Origin: Auanema rhodensis
Lineage: Eukaryota > Animalia > Nematoda
Reading direction: 5' to 3'
NCBI GenBank assembly: GCA_964057225.1
Contig: OZ059894.1
Location: 23,994,001 to 24,058,000, forward strand
DNA length: 64,000 nucleotides
Of the stretch, positions 26,929-41,900 are shown piece after piece. Positions within the stretch are counted from its first letter, which is position 1; each line of letters opens with the position of its first letter. The notes beneath the pieces are model-generated. The model had not been told where the DNA came from, ran no database searches, and was given only the letters and a program-made list of their open reading frames with translations. The translations under genes were made by a program, and so were the position numbers.

Positions 26929-29900
26929 TTATTGATATTGGTTCATGGTAACCATGACTTTGAAATTTACGTGAACTTTAATTTATGCTAATTAAATGTA
27001 CACGTGATGTGCACTTGGTATGTAACTCGCTTCACGTGTGAGATAAAGAGATGCGGTTTTCAAAATTAGATTCCCCATGTCCATATTAGTCTAAAAACAA
27101 ATTTTTATTGATATTGGTGCATGGTAACCATGACTTTGAAATTTACGTGAACTTTAATTTATGCTAATTAAATGTACACGTGATGTGCACTTGGTATGTA
27201 ACTCGCTTCACGTGAAAGATAAAGAGATGCGGTTTTCAAAATTAGATTCCCCATGTCCATATTAGTCTAAAAACAAATTTTTATTGATATTGGTTCATGG
27301 TAACCATGACTTTGAAATTTACGTGAACTTTAATTTATGCTAATTAAATGTACACGTGATGTGCACTTGGTATGTAACTCGCTTCACGTGGAAGATAAAG
27401 AGATGCGGTTTTCAAAATTAGATTCCCCATGTCCATATTAGTCTAAAAACAAATTTTTATTGATATTGGTTCATGGTAACCATGACTTTGAAATTTACGT
27501 GAACTTCAATTTATGCTAATTAAATGTACACGTGATGTGCACTTGGTATGTAACTCGCTTCACGTGAAAGATAAAGAGATGCGGTTTTCAAAATTAGATT
27601 CCCCATGTCCATATTAGTCTAAAAACAACTTTTTATTGATATTGGTTCATGGTAACCATGACTTTGAAATTTACGTGAACTTCAATTTATGCTAATTAAA
27701 TGTACACGTGATGTGCACTTGGTATGTAACTCGCTTCACGTGAAAGATAAAGAGATGCGGTTTTCAAAATTAGATTCCCCATGTCCATATTAGTCTAATA
27801 ACAAATTTTTATTGATATTGGTTCATGGTAACCATGACTTTGAAATTTACGTGAACTTCAATTTATGCTAATTAAATGTACACGTGATGTGCACTTGGTA
27901 TGTAACTCGCTTCACGTGAAAGATAAAGAGATGCGGTTTTCAAAATTAGATTCCCCATGTCCATATTAGTCTAAAAACAAATTTTTATTGATATTGGTTC
28001 ATGGTAACCATGACTTTGAAATTTACGTGAACTTCAATTTATGCTAATTAAATGTACACGTGATGTGCACTTGGTATGTAACTCGCTTCACGTGAAAGAT
28101 AAAAAGATGCGGTTTTCAAAATTAGATTCCCCATGTCCATATTAGTCTAAAAACAAATTTTTATTGATATTGGTGCATGGTAACCATGACTTTGAAATTT
28201 ACGTGAACTTTAATTTATGCTAATTAAATGTACACGTGATGTGCACTTGGTATGTAACTCGCTTCACGTGAAAGATAAAGAGATGCGATTTTCAAAATTA
28301 GATTCCCCATGTCCATATTAGTCTAAAAACAAATTTTTATTGATATTGGTTCATGGTAACCATGACTTTGAAATTTACGTGAACTTTAATTTATGCTAAT
28401 TAAATGTACACGTGATGTGCACTTGGTATGTAACTCGCTTCACGTGAACGATAAAGAGATGCGGTTTTCAAAATTAGATTCCCCATGTCCATATTAGTCT
28501 AAAAACAAATTTTTATTGATATTGGTTCATGGTAACCATGACTTTGAAATTTACGTGAACTTTAATTTATGCTAATTAAATGTACACGTGATGTGCACTT
28601 GGTATGTAACTCGCTTCACGTGAACGATAAAGAGATGCGGTTTTCAAAATTAGATTCCCCATGTCCATATTAGTCTAAAAACAAATTTTTATTGATATTG
28701 GTTCATGGTAACCATGACTTTGAAATTTACGTGAACTTCAATTTATGCTAATTAAATGTACACGTGATGTGCACTTGGTATGTAACTCGCTTCACGTGAA
28801 AGATAAAGAGATGCGGTTTTCAAAATTAGATTCCCCATGTCCATATTAGTCTAAAAACAAATTTTCATTGATATTGGTTCATGGTAACCATGACTTTGAA
28901 ATTTACGTGAACTTCAATTTATGCTAATTAAATGTACACGTGATGTGCACTTGGTATGTAACTCGCTTCACGTGAAAGATAAAGAGATGCGGTTTTCAAA
29001 ATTAGATTCCCCATATCCATATTAGTCTAAAAACAAATTTTTATTGATATTGGTTCATGGTAACCATGACTTTGAAATTTACGTGAACTTCAATTTATGC
29101 TAATTAAATGTACACGTGATGTGCACTTGGTATGTAACTCGCTTCACGTGAAAGATAAAGAGATGCGGTTTTCAAAATTAGATTCCCCATGTCCATATTA
29201 GTCTAAAAACAAATTTTTATTGATATTGGTTCATGGTAACCATGACTTTGAAATTTACGTGAACTTCAATTTATGCTAATTAAATGTACACGTGATGTGC
29301 ACTTGGTATGTAACTCGCTTCACGTGAAAGATAAAGAGATGCGGTTTTCAAAATTAGATTCCCCATGTCCATATTAGTCTAAAAACAAATTTTTATTGAT
29401 ATTGGTGCATGGTAACCATGACTTTGAAATTTACGTGAACTTTAATTTATGCTAATTAAATGTACACGTGATGTGCACTTGGTATGTAACTCGCTTCACG
29501 TGAAAGATAAAGAGATGCGGTTTTCAAAATTAGATTCCCCATGTCCATATTAGTCTAAAAACAAATTTTTATTGATATTGGTTCATGGTAACCATGACTT
29601 TGAAATTTACGTGAACTTCAATTTATGCTAATTAAATGTACACGTGATGTGCACTTGGTATGTAACTCGCTTCACGTGAAAGATAAAGAGATGCGGTTTT
29701 CAAAATTAGATTCCCCATGTCCATATTAGTCTAAAAACAAATTTTTATTGATATTGGTGCATGGTAACCATGACTTTGAAATTTACGTGAACTTTAATTT
29801 ATGCTAATTAAATGTACACGTGATGTGCACTTGGTATGTAACTCGCTTCACGTGAAAGATAAAGAGATGCGGTTTTCAAAATTAGATTCCCCATATCCAT

Positions 29901-32900
29901 ATTAGTCTAAAAACAACTTTTTATTGATATTGGTTCATGGTAACCATGACTTTGAAATTTACGTGAACTTCAATTTATGCTAATTAAATGTACACGTGAT
30001 GTGCACTTGGTATGTAACTCGCTTCACGTGAAAGATAAAGAGATGCGGTTTTCAAAATTAGATTCCCCATGTCCATATTAGTCTAATAACAAATTTTTAT
30101 TGATATTGGTTCATGGTAACCATGACTTTGAAATTTACGTGAACTTCAATTTATGCTAATTAAATGTACACGTGATGTGCACTTGGTATGTAACTCGCTT
30201 CACGTGAAAGATAAAGAGATGCGGTTTTCAAAATTAGATTCCCCATGTCCATATTAGTCTAAAAACAAATTTTTATTGATATTGGTTCATGGTAACCATG
30301 ACTTTGAAATTTACGTGAACTTCAATTTATGCTAATTAAATGTACACGTGATGTGCACTTGGTATGTAACTCGCTTCACGTGAAAGATAAAAAGATGCGG
30401 TTTTCAAAATTAGATTCCCCATGTCCATATTAGTCTAAAAACAAATTTTTATTGATATTGGTGCATGGTAACCATGACTTTGAAATTTACGTGAACTTTA
30501 ATTTATGCTAATTAAATGTACACGTGATGTGCACTTGGTATGTAACTCGCTTCACGTGAAAGATAAAGAGATGCGGTTTTCAAAATTAGATTCCCCATGT
30601 CCATATTAGTCTAAAAACAAATTTTTATTGATATTGGTTCATGGTAACCATGACTTTGAAATTTACGTGAACTTTAATTTATGCTAATTAAATGTACACG
30701 TGATGTGCACTTGGTATGTAACTCGCTTCACGTGAACGATAAAGAGATGCGGTTTTCAAAATTAGATTCCCCATGTCCATATTAGTCTAAAAACAAATTT
30801 TTATTGATATTGGTTCATGGTAACCATGACTTTGAAATTTACGTGAACTTTAATTTATGCTAATTAAATGTACACGTGATGTGCACTTGGTATGTAACTC
30901 GCTTCACGTGAACGATAAAGAGATGCGGTTTTCAAAATTAGATTCCCCATGTCCATATTAGTCTAAAAACAAATTTTTATTGATATTGGTTCATGGTAAC
31001 CATGACTTTGAAATTTACGTGAACTTCAATTTATGCTAATTAAATGTACACGTGATGTGCACTTGGTATGTAACTCGCTTCACGTGAAAGATAAAGAGAT
31101 GCGGTTTTCAAAATTAGATTCCCCATGTCCATATTAGTCTAAAAACAAATTTTCATTGATATTGGTTCATGGTAACCATGACTTTGAAATTTACGTGAAC
31201 TTCAATTTATGCTAATTAAATGTACACGTGATGTGCACTTGGTATGTAACTCGCTTCACGTGAAAGATAAAGAGATGCGGTTTTCAAAATTAGATTCCCC
31301 ATATCCATATTAGTCTAAAAACAAATTTTTATTGATATTGGTTCATGGTAACCATGACTTTGAAATTTACGTGAACTTCAATTTATGCTAATTAAATGTA
31401 CACGTGATGTGCACTTGGTATGTAACTCGCTTCACGTGAAAGATAAAGAGATGCGGTTTTCAAAATTAGATTCCCCATGTCCATATTAGTCTAAAAACAA
31501 ATTTTTATTGATATTGGTTCATGGTAACCATGACTTTGAAATTTACGTGAACTTCAATTTATGCTAATTAAATGTACACGTGATGTGCACTTGGTATGTA
31601 ACTCGCTTCACGTGAAAGATAAAGAGATGCGGTTTTCAAAATTAGATTCCCCATGTCCATATTAGTCTAAAAACAAATTTTTATTGATATTGGTGCATGG
31701 TAACCATGACTTTGAAATTTACGTGAACTTTAATTTATGCTAATTAAATGTACACGTGATGTGCACTTGGTATGTAACTCGCTTCACGTGAAAGATAAAG
31801 AGATGCGGTTTTCAAAATTAGATTCCCCATGTCCATATTAGTCTAAAAACAAATTTTTATTGATATTGGTTCATGGTAACCATGACTTTGAAATTTACGT
31901 GAACTTCAATTTATGCTAATTAAATGTACACGTGATGTGCACTTGGTATGTAACTCGCTTCACGTGAAAGATAAAGAGATGCGGTTTTCAAAATTAGATT
32001 CCCCATGTCCATATTAGTCTAAAAACAAATTTTTATTGATATTGGTGCATGGTAACCATGACTTTGAAATTTACGTGAACTTTAATTTATGCTAATTAAA
32101 TGTACACGTGATGTGCACTTGGTATGTAACTCGCTTCACGTGAAAGATAAAGAGATGCGGTTTTCAAAATTAGATTCCCCATATCCATATTAGTCTAAAA
32201 ACAAATTTTTATTGATATTGGTTCATGGTAACCATGACTTTGAAATTTACGTGAACTTCAATTTATGCTAATTAAATGTACACGTGATGTGCACTTGGTA
32301 TGTAACTCGCTTCACGTGAAAGATAAAGAGATGCGGTTTCCAAAATTAGATTCCCCATGTCCATATTAGTCTAAAAACAAATTTTTATTGATATTGGTTC
32401 ATGGTAACCATGACTTTGAAATTTACGTGAACTTTAATTTATGCTAATTAAATGTACACGTGATGTGCCCTTGGTATGTAACTCGCTTCACGTGAAAGAT
32501 AAAGAGATGCGGTTTTCAAAATTAGATTCCCCATGTCCATATTAGTCTAAAAACAAATTTTTATTGATATTGGTGCATGGTAACCATGACTTTGAAATTT
32601 ACGTGAACTTTAATTTATGCTAATTAAATGTACACGTGATGTGCACTTGGTATGTAACTCGCTTCACGTGAAAGATAAAGAGATGCGGTTTTCAAAATTA
32701 AATTTCCCATGTCCATATTAGTCTAAAAACAAATTTTTATTGATATTGGTGCATGGTAACCATGACTTTGAAATTTACGTGAACTTTAATTTATGCTAAT
32801 TAAATGTACACGTGATGTGCACTTGGTATGTAACTCGCTTCACGTGAAAGATAAAGAGATGCGGTTTTCAAAATTAGATTCCCCATGTCCATATTAGTCT

Positions 32901-35900
32901 AAAAACAAATTTTTATTGATATTGGTTCATGGTAACCATGACTTTGAAATTTACGTGAACTTTAATTTATGCTAATTAAATGTACACGTGATGTGCACTT
33001 GGTATGTAACTCGCTTCACGTGAAAGATAAAGAGATGCGGTTTTCAAAATTAGATTTCCCATGTCCATATTAGTCTAAAAACAAATTTTTATTGATATTG
33101 GTGCATGGTAACCATGACTTTGAAATTTACGTGAACTTTAATTTATGCTAATTAAATGTACACGTGATGTGCACTTGGTATGTAACTCGCTTCACGTGAA
33201 AGATAAAGAGATGCGGTTTTCAAAATTAGATTCCCCATGTCCATATTAGTCTAAAAACAAATTTTTATTGATATTGGTGCATGGTAACCATGACTTTGAA
33301 ATTTACGTGAACTTTAATTTATGCTAATTAAATGTACACGTGATGTGCACTTGGTATGTAACTCGCTTCACGTGAAAGATAAAGAGATACGGTTTTCAAA
33401 ATTAGATTCCCCATGTCCATATTAGTCTAAAAACAAATTTTTATTGATATTGGTGCATGGTAACCATGACTTTGAAATTTACGTGAACTTTAATTTATGC
33501 TAATTAAATGTACACGTGATGTGCACTTGGTATGTAACTCGCTTCACGTGAAAGATAAAGAGATGCGGTTTTCAAAATTAGATTCCCCATGTCCATATTA
33601 GTCTAAAAACAAATTTTTATTGATATTGGTTCATGGTAACCATGACTTTGAAATTTACGTGAACTTTAATTTATGCTAATTAAATGTACACGTGATGTGC
33701 ACTTGGTATGTAACTCGCTTCACGTGTGAGATAAAGAGATGCGGTTTTCAAAATTAGATTCCCCATGTCCATATTAGTCTAAAAACAAATTTTTATTGAT
33801 ATTGGTGCATGGTAACCATGACTTTGAAATTTACGTGAACTTTAATTTATGCTAATTAAATGTACACGTGATGTGCACTTGGTATGTAACTCGCTTCACG
33901 TGAAAGATAAAGAGATGCGGTTTTCAAAATTAGATTCCCCATGTCCATATTAGTCTAAAAACAAATTTTTATTGATATTGGTTCATGGTAACCATGACTT
34001 TGAAATTTACGTGAACTTTAATTTATGCTAATTAAATGTACACGTGATGTGCACTTGGTATGTAACTCGCTTCACGTGGAAGATAAAGAGATGCGGTTTT
34101 CAAAATTAGATTCCCCATGTCCATATTAGTCTAAAAACAAATTTTTATTGATATTGGTTCATGGTAACCATGACTTTGAAATTTACGTGAACTTCAATTT
34201 ATGCTAATTAAATGTACACGTGATGTGCACTTGGTATGTAACTCGCTTCACGTGAAAGATAAAGAGATGCGGTTTTCAAAATTAGATTCCCCATGTCCAT
34301 ATTAGTTTAAAAACAAATTTTTATTGATATTGGTTCTTGGTAACCATGACTTTGAAATTTACGTGAACTTCAATTTATGCTAATTAAATGTACACGTGAT
34401 GTGCACTTGGTATGTAACTCGCTTCACGTGAAAGATAAAGAGATGCGGTTTTCAAAATTAGATTCCCCATGTCCATATTAGTCTAAAAACAACTTTTTAT
34501 TGATATTGGTTCATGGTAACCATGACTTTGAAATTTACGTGAACTTCAATTTATGCTAATTAAATGTACACGTGATGTGCACTTGGTATGTAACTCGCTT
34601 CACGTGAAAGATAAAGAGATGCGGTTTTCAAAATTAGATTCCCCATGTCCATATTAGTCTAATAACAAATTTTTATTGATATTGGTTCATGGTAACCATG
34701 ACTTTGATATTTACGTGAACTTCAATTTATGCTAATTAAATGTACACGTGATGTGCACTTGGTATGTAACTCGCTTCACGTGAAAGATAAAGAGATGCGG
34801 TTTTCAAAATTAGATTCCCCATGTCCATATTAGTCTAAAAACAAATTTTTATTGATATTGGTTCATGGTAACCATGACTTTGAAATTTACGTGAACTTCA
34901 ATTTATGCTAATTAAATGTACACGTGATGTGCACTTGGTATGTAACTCGCTTCACGTGAAAGATAAAAAGATGCGGTTTTCAAAATTAGATTCCCCATGT
35001 CCATATTAGTCTAAAAACAAATTTTTATTGATATTGGTGCATGGTAACCATGACTTTGAAATTTACGTGAACTTTAATTTATGCTAATTAAATGTACACG
35101 TGATGTGCACTTGGTATGTAACTCGCTTCACGTGAAAGATAAAGAGATGCGGTTTTCAAAATTAGATTCCCCATGTCCATATTAGTCTAAAAACAAATTT
35201 TTATTGATATTGGTTCATGGTAACCATGACTTTGAAATTTACGTGAACTTTAATTTATGCTAATTAAATGTACACGTGATGTGCACTTGGTATGTAACTC
35301 GCTTCACGTGAACGATAAAGAGATGCGGTTTTCAAAATTAGATTCCCCATGTCCATATTAGTCTAAAAACAAATTTTTATTGATATTGGTTCATGGTAAC
35401 CATGACTTTGAAATTTACGTGAACTTTAATTTATGCTAATTAAATGTACACGTGATGTGCACTTGGTATGTAACTCGCTTCACGTGGAAGATAAAGAGAT
35501 GCGGTTTTCAAAATTAGATTCCCCATGTCCATATTAGTCTAAAAACAAATTTTTATTGATATTGGTTCATGGTAACCATGACTTTGAAATTTACGTGAAC
35601 TTCAATTTATGCTAATTAAATGTACACGTGATGTGCACTTGGTATGTAACTCGCTTCACGTGAAAGATAAAGAGATGCGGTTTTCAAAATTAGATTCCCC
35701 ATGTCCATATTAGTCTAAAAACAAATTTTTATTGATATTGGTGCATGGTAACCATGACTTTGAAATTTACGTGAACTTTAATTTATGCTAATTAAATGTA
35801 CACGTGATGTGCACTTGGTATGTAACTCGCTTCACGTGAAAGATAAAGAGATGCGGTTTTCAAAATTAGATTTCCCATGTCCATATTAGTCTAAAAACAA

Positions 35901-38900
35901 ATTTTTATTGATATTGGTGCATGGTAACCATGACTTTGAAATTTACGTGAACTTTAATTTATGCTAATTAAATGTACACGTGATGTGCACTTGGTATGTA
36001 ACTCGCTTCACGTGAAAGATAAAGAGATGCGGTTTTCAAAATTAGATTCCCCATGTCCATATTAGTCTAAAAACAAATTTTTATTGATATTGGTGCATGG
36101 TAACCATGACTTTGAAATTTACGTGAACTTTAATTTATGCTAATTAAATGTACACGTGATGTGCACTTGGTATGTAACTCGCTTCACGTGAAAGATAAAG
36201 AGATACGGTTTTCAAAATTAGATTCCCCATGTCCATATTAGTCTAAAAACAAATTTTTATTGATATTGGTGCATGGTAACCATGACTTTGAAATTTACGT
36301 GAACTTTAATTTATGCTAATTAAATGTACACGTGATGTGCACTTGGTATGTAACTCGCTTCACGTGAAAGATAAAGAGATGCGGTTTTCAAAATTAGATT
36401 CCCCATGTCCATATTAGTCTAAAAACAAATTTTTATTGATATTGGTTCATGGTAACCATGACTTTGAAATTTACGTGAACTTTAATTTATGCTAATTAAA
36501 TGTACACGTGATGTGCACTTGGTATGTAACTCGCTTCACGTGTGAGATAAAGAGATGCGGTTTTCAAAATTAGATTCCCCATGTCCATATTAGTCTAAAA
36601 ACAAATTTTTATTGATATTGGTGCATGGTAACCATGACTTTGAAATTTACGTGAACTTTAATTTATGCTAATTAAATGTACACGTGATGTGCACTTGGTA
36701 TGTAACTCGCTTCACGTGAAAGATAAAGAGATGCGGTTTTCAAAATTAGATTCCCCATGTCCATATTAGTCTAAAAACAAATTTTTATTGATATTGGTTC
36801 ATGGTAACCATGACTTTGAAATTTACGTGAACTTTAATTTATGCTAATTAAATGTACACGTGATGTGCACTTGGTATGTAACTCGCTTCACGTGGAAGAT
36901 AAAGAGATGCGGTTTTCAAAATTAGATTCCCCATGTCCATATTAGTCTAAAAACAAATTTTTATTGATATTGGTTCATGGTAACCATGACTTTGAAATTT
37001 ACGTGAACTTCAATTTATGCTAATTAAATGTACACGTGATGTGCACTTGGTATGTAACTCGCTTCACGTGAAAGATAAAGAGATGCGGTTTTCAAAATTA
37101 GATTCCCCATGTCCATATTAGTCTAAAAACAACTTTTTATTGATATTGGTTCATGGTAACCATGACTTTGAAATTTACGTGAACTTCAATTTATGCTAAT
37201 TAAATGTACACGTGATGTGCACTTGGTATGTAACTCGCTTCACGTGAAAGATAAAGAGATGCGGTTTTCAAAATTAGATTCCCCATGTCCATATTAGTCT
37301 AATAACAAATTTTTATTGATATTGGTTCATGGTAACCATGACTTTGAAATTTACGTGAACTTCAATTTATGCTAATTAAATGTACACGTGATGTGCACTT
37401 GGTATGTAACTCGCTTCACGTGAAAGATAAAGAGATGCGGTTTTCAAAATTAGATTCCCCATGTCCATATTAGTCTAAAAACAAATTTTTATTGATATTG
37501 GTTCATGGTAACCATGACTTTGAAATTTACGTGAACTTCAATTTATGCTAATTAAATGTACACGTGATGTGCACTTGGTATGTAACTCGCTTCACGTGAA
37601 AGATAAAAAGATGCGGTTTTCAAAATTAGATTCCCCATGTCCATATTAGTCTAAAAACAAATTTTTATTGATATTGGTGCATGGTAACCATGACTTTGAA
37701 ATTTACGTGAACTTTAATTTATGCTAATTAAATGTACACGTGATGTGCACTTGGTATGTAACTCGCTTCACGTGAAAGATAAAGAGATGCGGTTTTCAAA
37801 ATTAGATTCCCCATGTCCATATTAGTCTAAAAACAAATTTTTATTGATATTGGTTCATGGTAACCATGACTTTGAAATTTACGTGAACTTTAATTTATGC
37901 TAATTAAATGTACACGTGATGTGCACTTGGTATGTAACTCGCTTCACGTGAACGATAAAGAGATGCGGTTTTCAAAATTAGATTCCCCATGTCCATATTA
38001 GTCTAAAAACAAATTTTTATTGATATTGGTTCATGGTAACCATGACTTTGAAATTTACGTGAACTTTAATTTATGCTAATTAAATGTACACGTGATGTGC
38101 ACTTGGTATGTAACTCGCTTCACGTGAACGATAAAGAGATGCGGTTTTCAAAATTAGATTCCCCATGTCCATATTAGTCTAAAAACAAATTTTTATTGAT
38201 ATTGGTTCATGGTAACCATGACTTTGAAATTTACGTGAACTTCAATTTATGCTAATTAAATGTACACGTGATGTGCACTTGGTATGTAACTCGCTTCACG
38301 TGAAAGATAAAGAGATGCGGTTTTCAAAATTAGATTCCCCATGTCCATATTAGTCTAAAAACAAATTTTCATTGATATTGGTTCATGGTAACCATGACTT
38401 TGAAATTTACGTGAACTTCAATTTATGCTAATTAAATAAACACGTGATGTGCACTTGGTATGTAACTCGCTTCACGTGAAAGATAAAGAGATGCGGTTTT
38501 CAAAATTAGATTCCCCATATCCATATTAGTCTAAAAACAAATTTTTATTGATATTGGTTCATGGTAACCATGACTTTGAAATTTACGTGAACTTCAATTT
38601 ATGCTAATTAAATGTACACGTGATGTGCACTTGGTATGTAACTCGCTTCACGTGAAAGATAAAGAGATGCGGTTTTCAAAATTAGATTCCCCATGTCCAT
38701 ATTAGTCTAAAAACAAATTTTTATTGATATTGGTTCATGGTAACCATGACTTTGAAATTTACGTGAACTTCAATTTATGCTAATTAAATGTACACGTGAT
38801 GTGCACTTGGTATGTAACTCGCTTCACGTGAAAGATAAAGAGATGCGGTTTTCAAAATTAGATTCCCCATGTCCATATTAGTCTAAAAACAAATTTTTAT

Positions 38901-41900
38901 TGATATTGGTGCATGGTAACCATGACTTTGAAATTTACGTGAACTTTAATTTATGCTAATTAAATGTACACGTGATGTGCACTTGGTATGTAACTCGCTT
39001 CACGTGAAAGATAAAGAGATGCGGTTTTCAAAATTAGATTCCCCATGTCCATATTAGTCTAAAAACAAATTTTTATTGATATTGGTTCATGGTAACCATG
39101 ACTTTGAAATTTACGTGAACTTCAATTTATGCTAATTAAATGTACACGTGATGTGCACTTGGTATGTAACTCGCTTCACGTGAAAGATAAAGAGATGCGG
39201 TTTTCAAAATTAGATTCCCCATGTCCATATTAGTCTAAAAACAAATTTTTATTGATATTGGTGCATGGTAACCATGACTTTGAAATTTACGTGAACTTTA
39301 ATTTATGCTAATTAAATGTACACGTGATGTGCACTTGGTATGTAACTCGCTTCACGTGAAAGATAAAGAGATGCGGTTTTCAAAATTAGATTCCCCATAT
39401 CCATATTAGTCTAAAAACAAATTTTTATTGATATTGGTTCATGGTAACCATGACTTTGAAATTTACGTGAACTTCAATTTATGCTAATTAAATGTACACG
39501 TGATGTGCACTTGGTATGTAACTCGCTTCACGTGAAAGATAAAGAGATGCGGTTTCCAAAATTAGATTCCCCATGTCCATATTAGTCTAAAAACAAATTT
39601 TTATTGATATTGGTTCATGGTAACCATGACTTTGAAATTTACGTGAACTTTAATTTATGCTAATTAAATGTACACGTGATGTGCCCTTGGTATGTAACTC
39701 GCTTCACGTGAAAGATAAAGAGATGCGGTTTTCAAAATTAGATTCCCCATGTCCATATTAGTCTAAAAACAAATTTTTATTGATATTGGTGCATGGTAAC
39801 CATGACTTTGAAATTTACGTGAACTTTAATTTATGCTAATTAAATGTACACGTGATGTGCACTTGGTATGTAACTCGCTTCACGTGAAAGATAAAGAGAT
39901 GCGGTTTTCAAAATTAAATTTCCCATGTCCATATTAGTCTAAAAACAAATTTTTATTGATATTGGTGCATGGTAACCATGACTTTGAAATTTACGTGAAC
40001 TTTAATTTATGCTAATTAAATGTACACGTGATGTGCACTTGGTATGTAACTCGCTTCACGTGAAAGATAAAGAGATGCGGTTTTCAAAATTAGATTCCCC
40101 ATGTCCATATTAGTCTAAAAACAAATTTTTATTGATATTGGTTCATGGTAACCATGACTTTGAAATTTACGTGAACTTTAATTTATGCTAATTAAATGTA
40201 CACGTGATGTGCACTTGGTATGTAACTCGCTTCACGTGAAAGATAAAGAGATGCGGTTTTCAAAATTAGATTTCCCATGTCCATATTAGTCTAAAAACAA
40301 ATTTTTATTGATATTGGTGCATGGTAACCATGACTTTGAAATTTACGTGAACTTTAATTTATGCTAATTAAATGTACACGTGATGTGCACTTGGTATGTA
40401 ACTCGCTTCACGTGAAAGATAAAGAGATGCGGTTTTCAAAATTAGATTCCCCATGTCCATATTAGTCTAAAAACAAATTTTTATTGATATTGGTGCATGG
40501 TAACCATGACTTTGAAATTTACGTGAACTTTAATTTATGCTAATTAAATGTACACGTGATGTGCACTTGGTATGTAACTCGCTTCACGTGAAAGATAAAG
40601 AGATACGGTTTTCAAAATTAGATTCCCCATGTCCATATTAGTCTAAAAACAAATTTTTATTGATATTGGTGCATGGTAACCATGACTTTGAAATTTACGT
40701 GAACTTTAATTTATGCTAATTAAATGTACACGTGATGTGCACTTGGTATGTAACTCGCTTCACGTGAAAGATAAAGAGATGCGGTTTTCAAAATTAGATT
40801 CCCCATGTCCATATTAGTCTAAAAACAAATTTTTATTGATATTGGTTCATGGTAACCATGACTTTGAAATTTACGTGAACTTTAATTTATGCTAATTAAA
40901 TGTACACGTGATGTGCACTTGGTATGTAACTCGCTTCACGTGTGAGATAAAGAGATGCGGTTTTCAAAATTAGATTCCCCATGTCCATATTAGTCTAAAA
41001 ACAAATTTTTATTGATATTGGTGCATGGTAACCATGACTTTGAAATTTACGTGAACTTTAATTTATGCTAATTAAATGTACACGTGATGTGCACTTGGTA
41101 TGTAACTCGCTTCACGTGAAAGATAAAGAGATGCGGTTTTCAAAATTAGATTTCCCATGTCCATATTAGTCTAAAAACAAATTTTTATTGATATTGGTTC
41201 ATGGTAACCATGACTTTGAAATTTACGTGAACTTTAATTTATGCTAATTAAATGTACACGTGATGTGCACTTGGTATGTAACTCGCTTCACGTGGAAGAT
41301 AAAGAGATGCGGTTTTCAAAATTAGATTCCCCATGTCCATATTAGTCTAAAAACAAATTTTTATTGATATTGGTTCATGGTAACCATGACTTTGAAATTT
41401 ACGTGAACTTCAATTTATGCTAATTAAATGTACACGTGATGTGCACTTGGTATGTAACTCGCTTCACGTGAAAGATAAAGAGATGCGGTTTTCAAAATTA
41501 GATTCCCCATGTCCATATTAGTTTAAAAACAAATTTTTATTGATATTGGTTCTTGGTAACCATGACTTTGAAATTTACGTGAACTTCAATTTATGCTAAT
41601 TAAATGTACACGTGATGTGCACTTGGTATGTAACTCGCTTCACGTGAAAGATAAAGAGATGCGGTTTTCAAAATTAGATTCCCCATGTCCATATTAGTCT
41701 AAAAACAACTTTTTATTGATATTGGTTCATGGTAACCATGACTTTGAAATTTACGTGAACTTCAATTTATGCTAATTAAATGTACACGTGATGTGCACTT
41801 GGTATGTAACTCGCTTCACGTGAAAGATAAAGAGATGCGGTTTTCAAAATTAGATTCCCCATGTCCATATTAGTCTAATAACAAATTTTTATTGATATTG

